NCBI RefSeq assembly: GCF_006345805.1
Contig: NC_043007.1
Coordinates: forward strand, 39,432,001 to 39,496,000
DNA length: 64,000 nucleotides
Direction of reading: 5' to 3'
DNA from: Octopus sinensis
Taxonomy: Eukaryota
The translations under genes were made by a program, and so were the position numbers. The first letter of the stretch is position 1, and each line of letters begins with the position of its first letter. Shown here piece after piece: positions 63,210-64,000 of this stretch. Under the pieces are notes generated by a model. That model was not told the origin of the DNA. It saw only the letters and a list, made by a program, of their open reading frames with translations, and did no database searches.

Positions 63210-63631
63210 CGCACATAAACACACACACACATATATATACATATGTATATAAACTGACATACATACACAGCGTGTTTAAGAAACCATCAGTTGGGTACAG
63301 GATATGCATGTAAGTATATTGTATTTTGATTTTCATTCAAAGAATAGGACTGGTTCAATGAAACAGGAGTGTCTTTAAACCGTGAACTTTATTCAAACTG
63401 TAAACATAATAACAAGGACCAAGTTCCTTGTGAAATTTCTTAGTAAAATTTCTGTCTTATAAATTGTTTCGTCATAAACTAAAATATATACATGTGTATG
63501 CGTGTTTTGTGTGAGTATGTTTGTGCATGTGGGTGTGTCTGCATGTAAATATATATATATATATATATATAATATATATTATATATATGTATATATATTA
63601 TATATGATATATATATATATGTATATATATA

Positions 63632-63730
<99 letters not shown>

Positions 63731-64000
63731 GTATATATATATTCACATAATCATGTTTTTTACCACCTTGATTGTCTCTCTCTCTCTTTCTCACTCACAC
63801 CTCTCTCTCTCTCTCTTTCTCTGTCTTGACGAAGCTCTTTCAAAGATGTTATGGAATGCTGTCACAACAACAATAACTAATATAATGAAACAAAACAATA
63901 ACAACAAAGAAAAGAAAACAAACACAAAACAAGACACATTCAAAGAAACCCACAAACAAACAAAAAATTAATGTTAAAAAAAAAAACAAAAAAAAAACTT

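Overview
AT-rich eukaryotic DNA, very rich in microsatellites and repeats. The SINE families look like octopus (coleoid cephalopod) repeats; this comes from recall, not a search. No intact protein-coding gene could be identified, and almost every ORF in the supplied track is a microsatellite translation. The window holds at least four tRNA-derived SINE families (informally A-D). It also has decayed transposon coding fragments: a Mag-type Ty3/Gypsy RNaseH-integrase with PPT and probable 3' LTR, two CR1-group LINE 3' ends, two RLE-clade non-LTR fragments, a Penelope-like RT fragment, two internally deleted Tc1/mariner elements and a Helitron helicase fragment. Two non-autonomous Helitrons and a 100-N gap are present. 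The most notable signal is a set of minimal type I hammerhead ribozyme (HHR) motifs, mostly in or beside (TA)n tracts. One fully canonical HHR lies in a 351-bp-period direct-repeat unit resembling a retrozyme or Penelope pLTR. A two-copy family has a non-canonical core (CUGUWGAA). Also notable are TSD-flanked SINE multimers with ~185-bp units, a SINE/LINE shared 3' tail with covarying stem, several fold-back elements, and splice-site-bounded candidate exons in a CpG-poor right end. Interspersed-repeat boundaries are approximate, roughly +/-10-20 bp.
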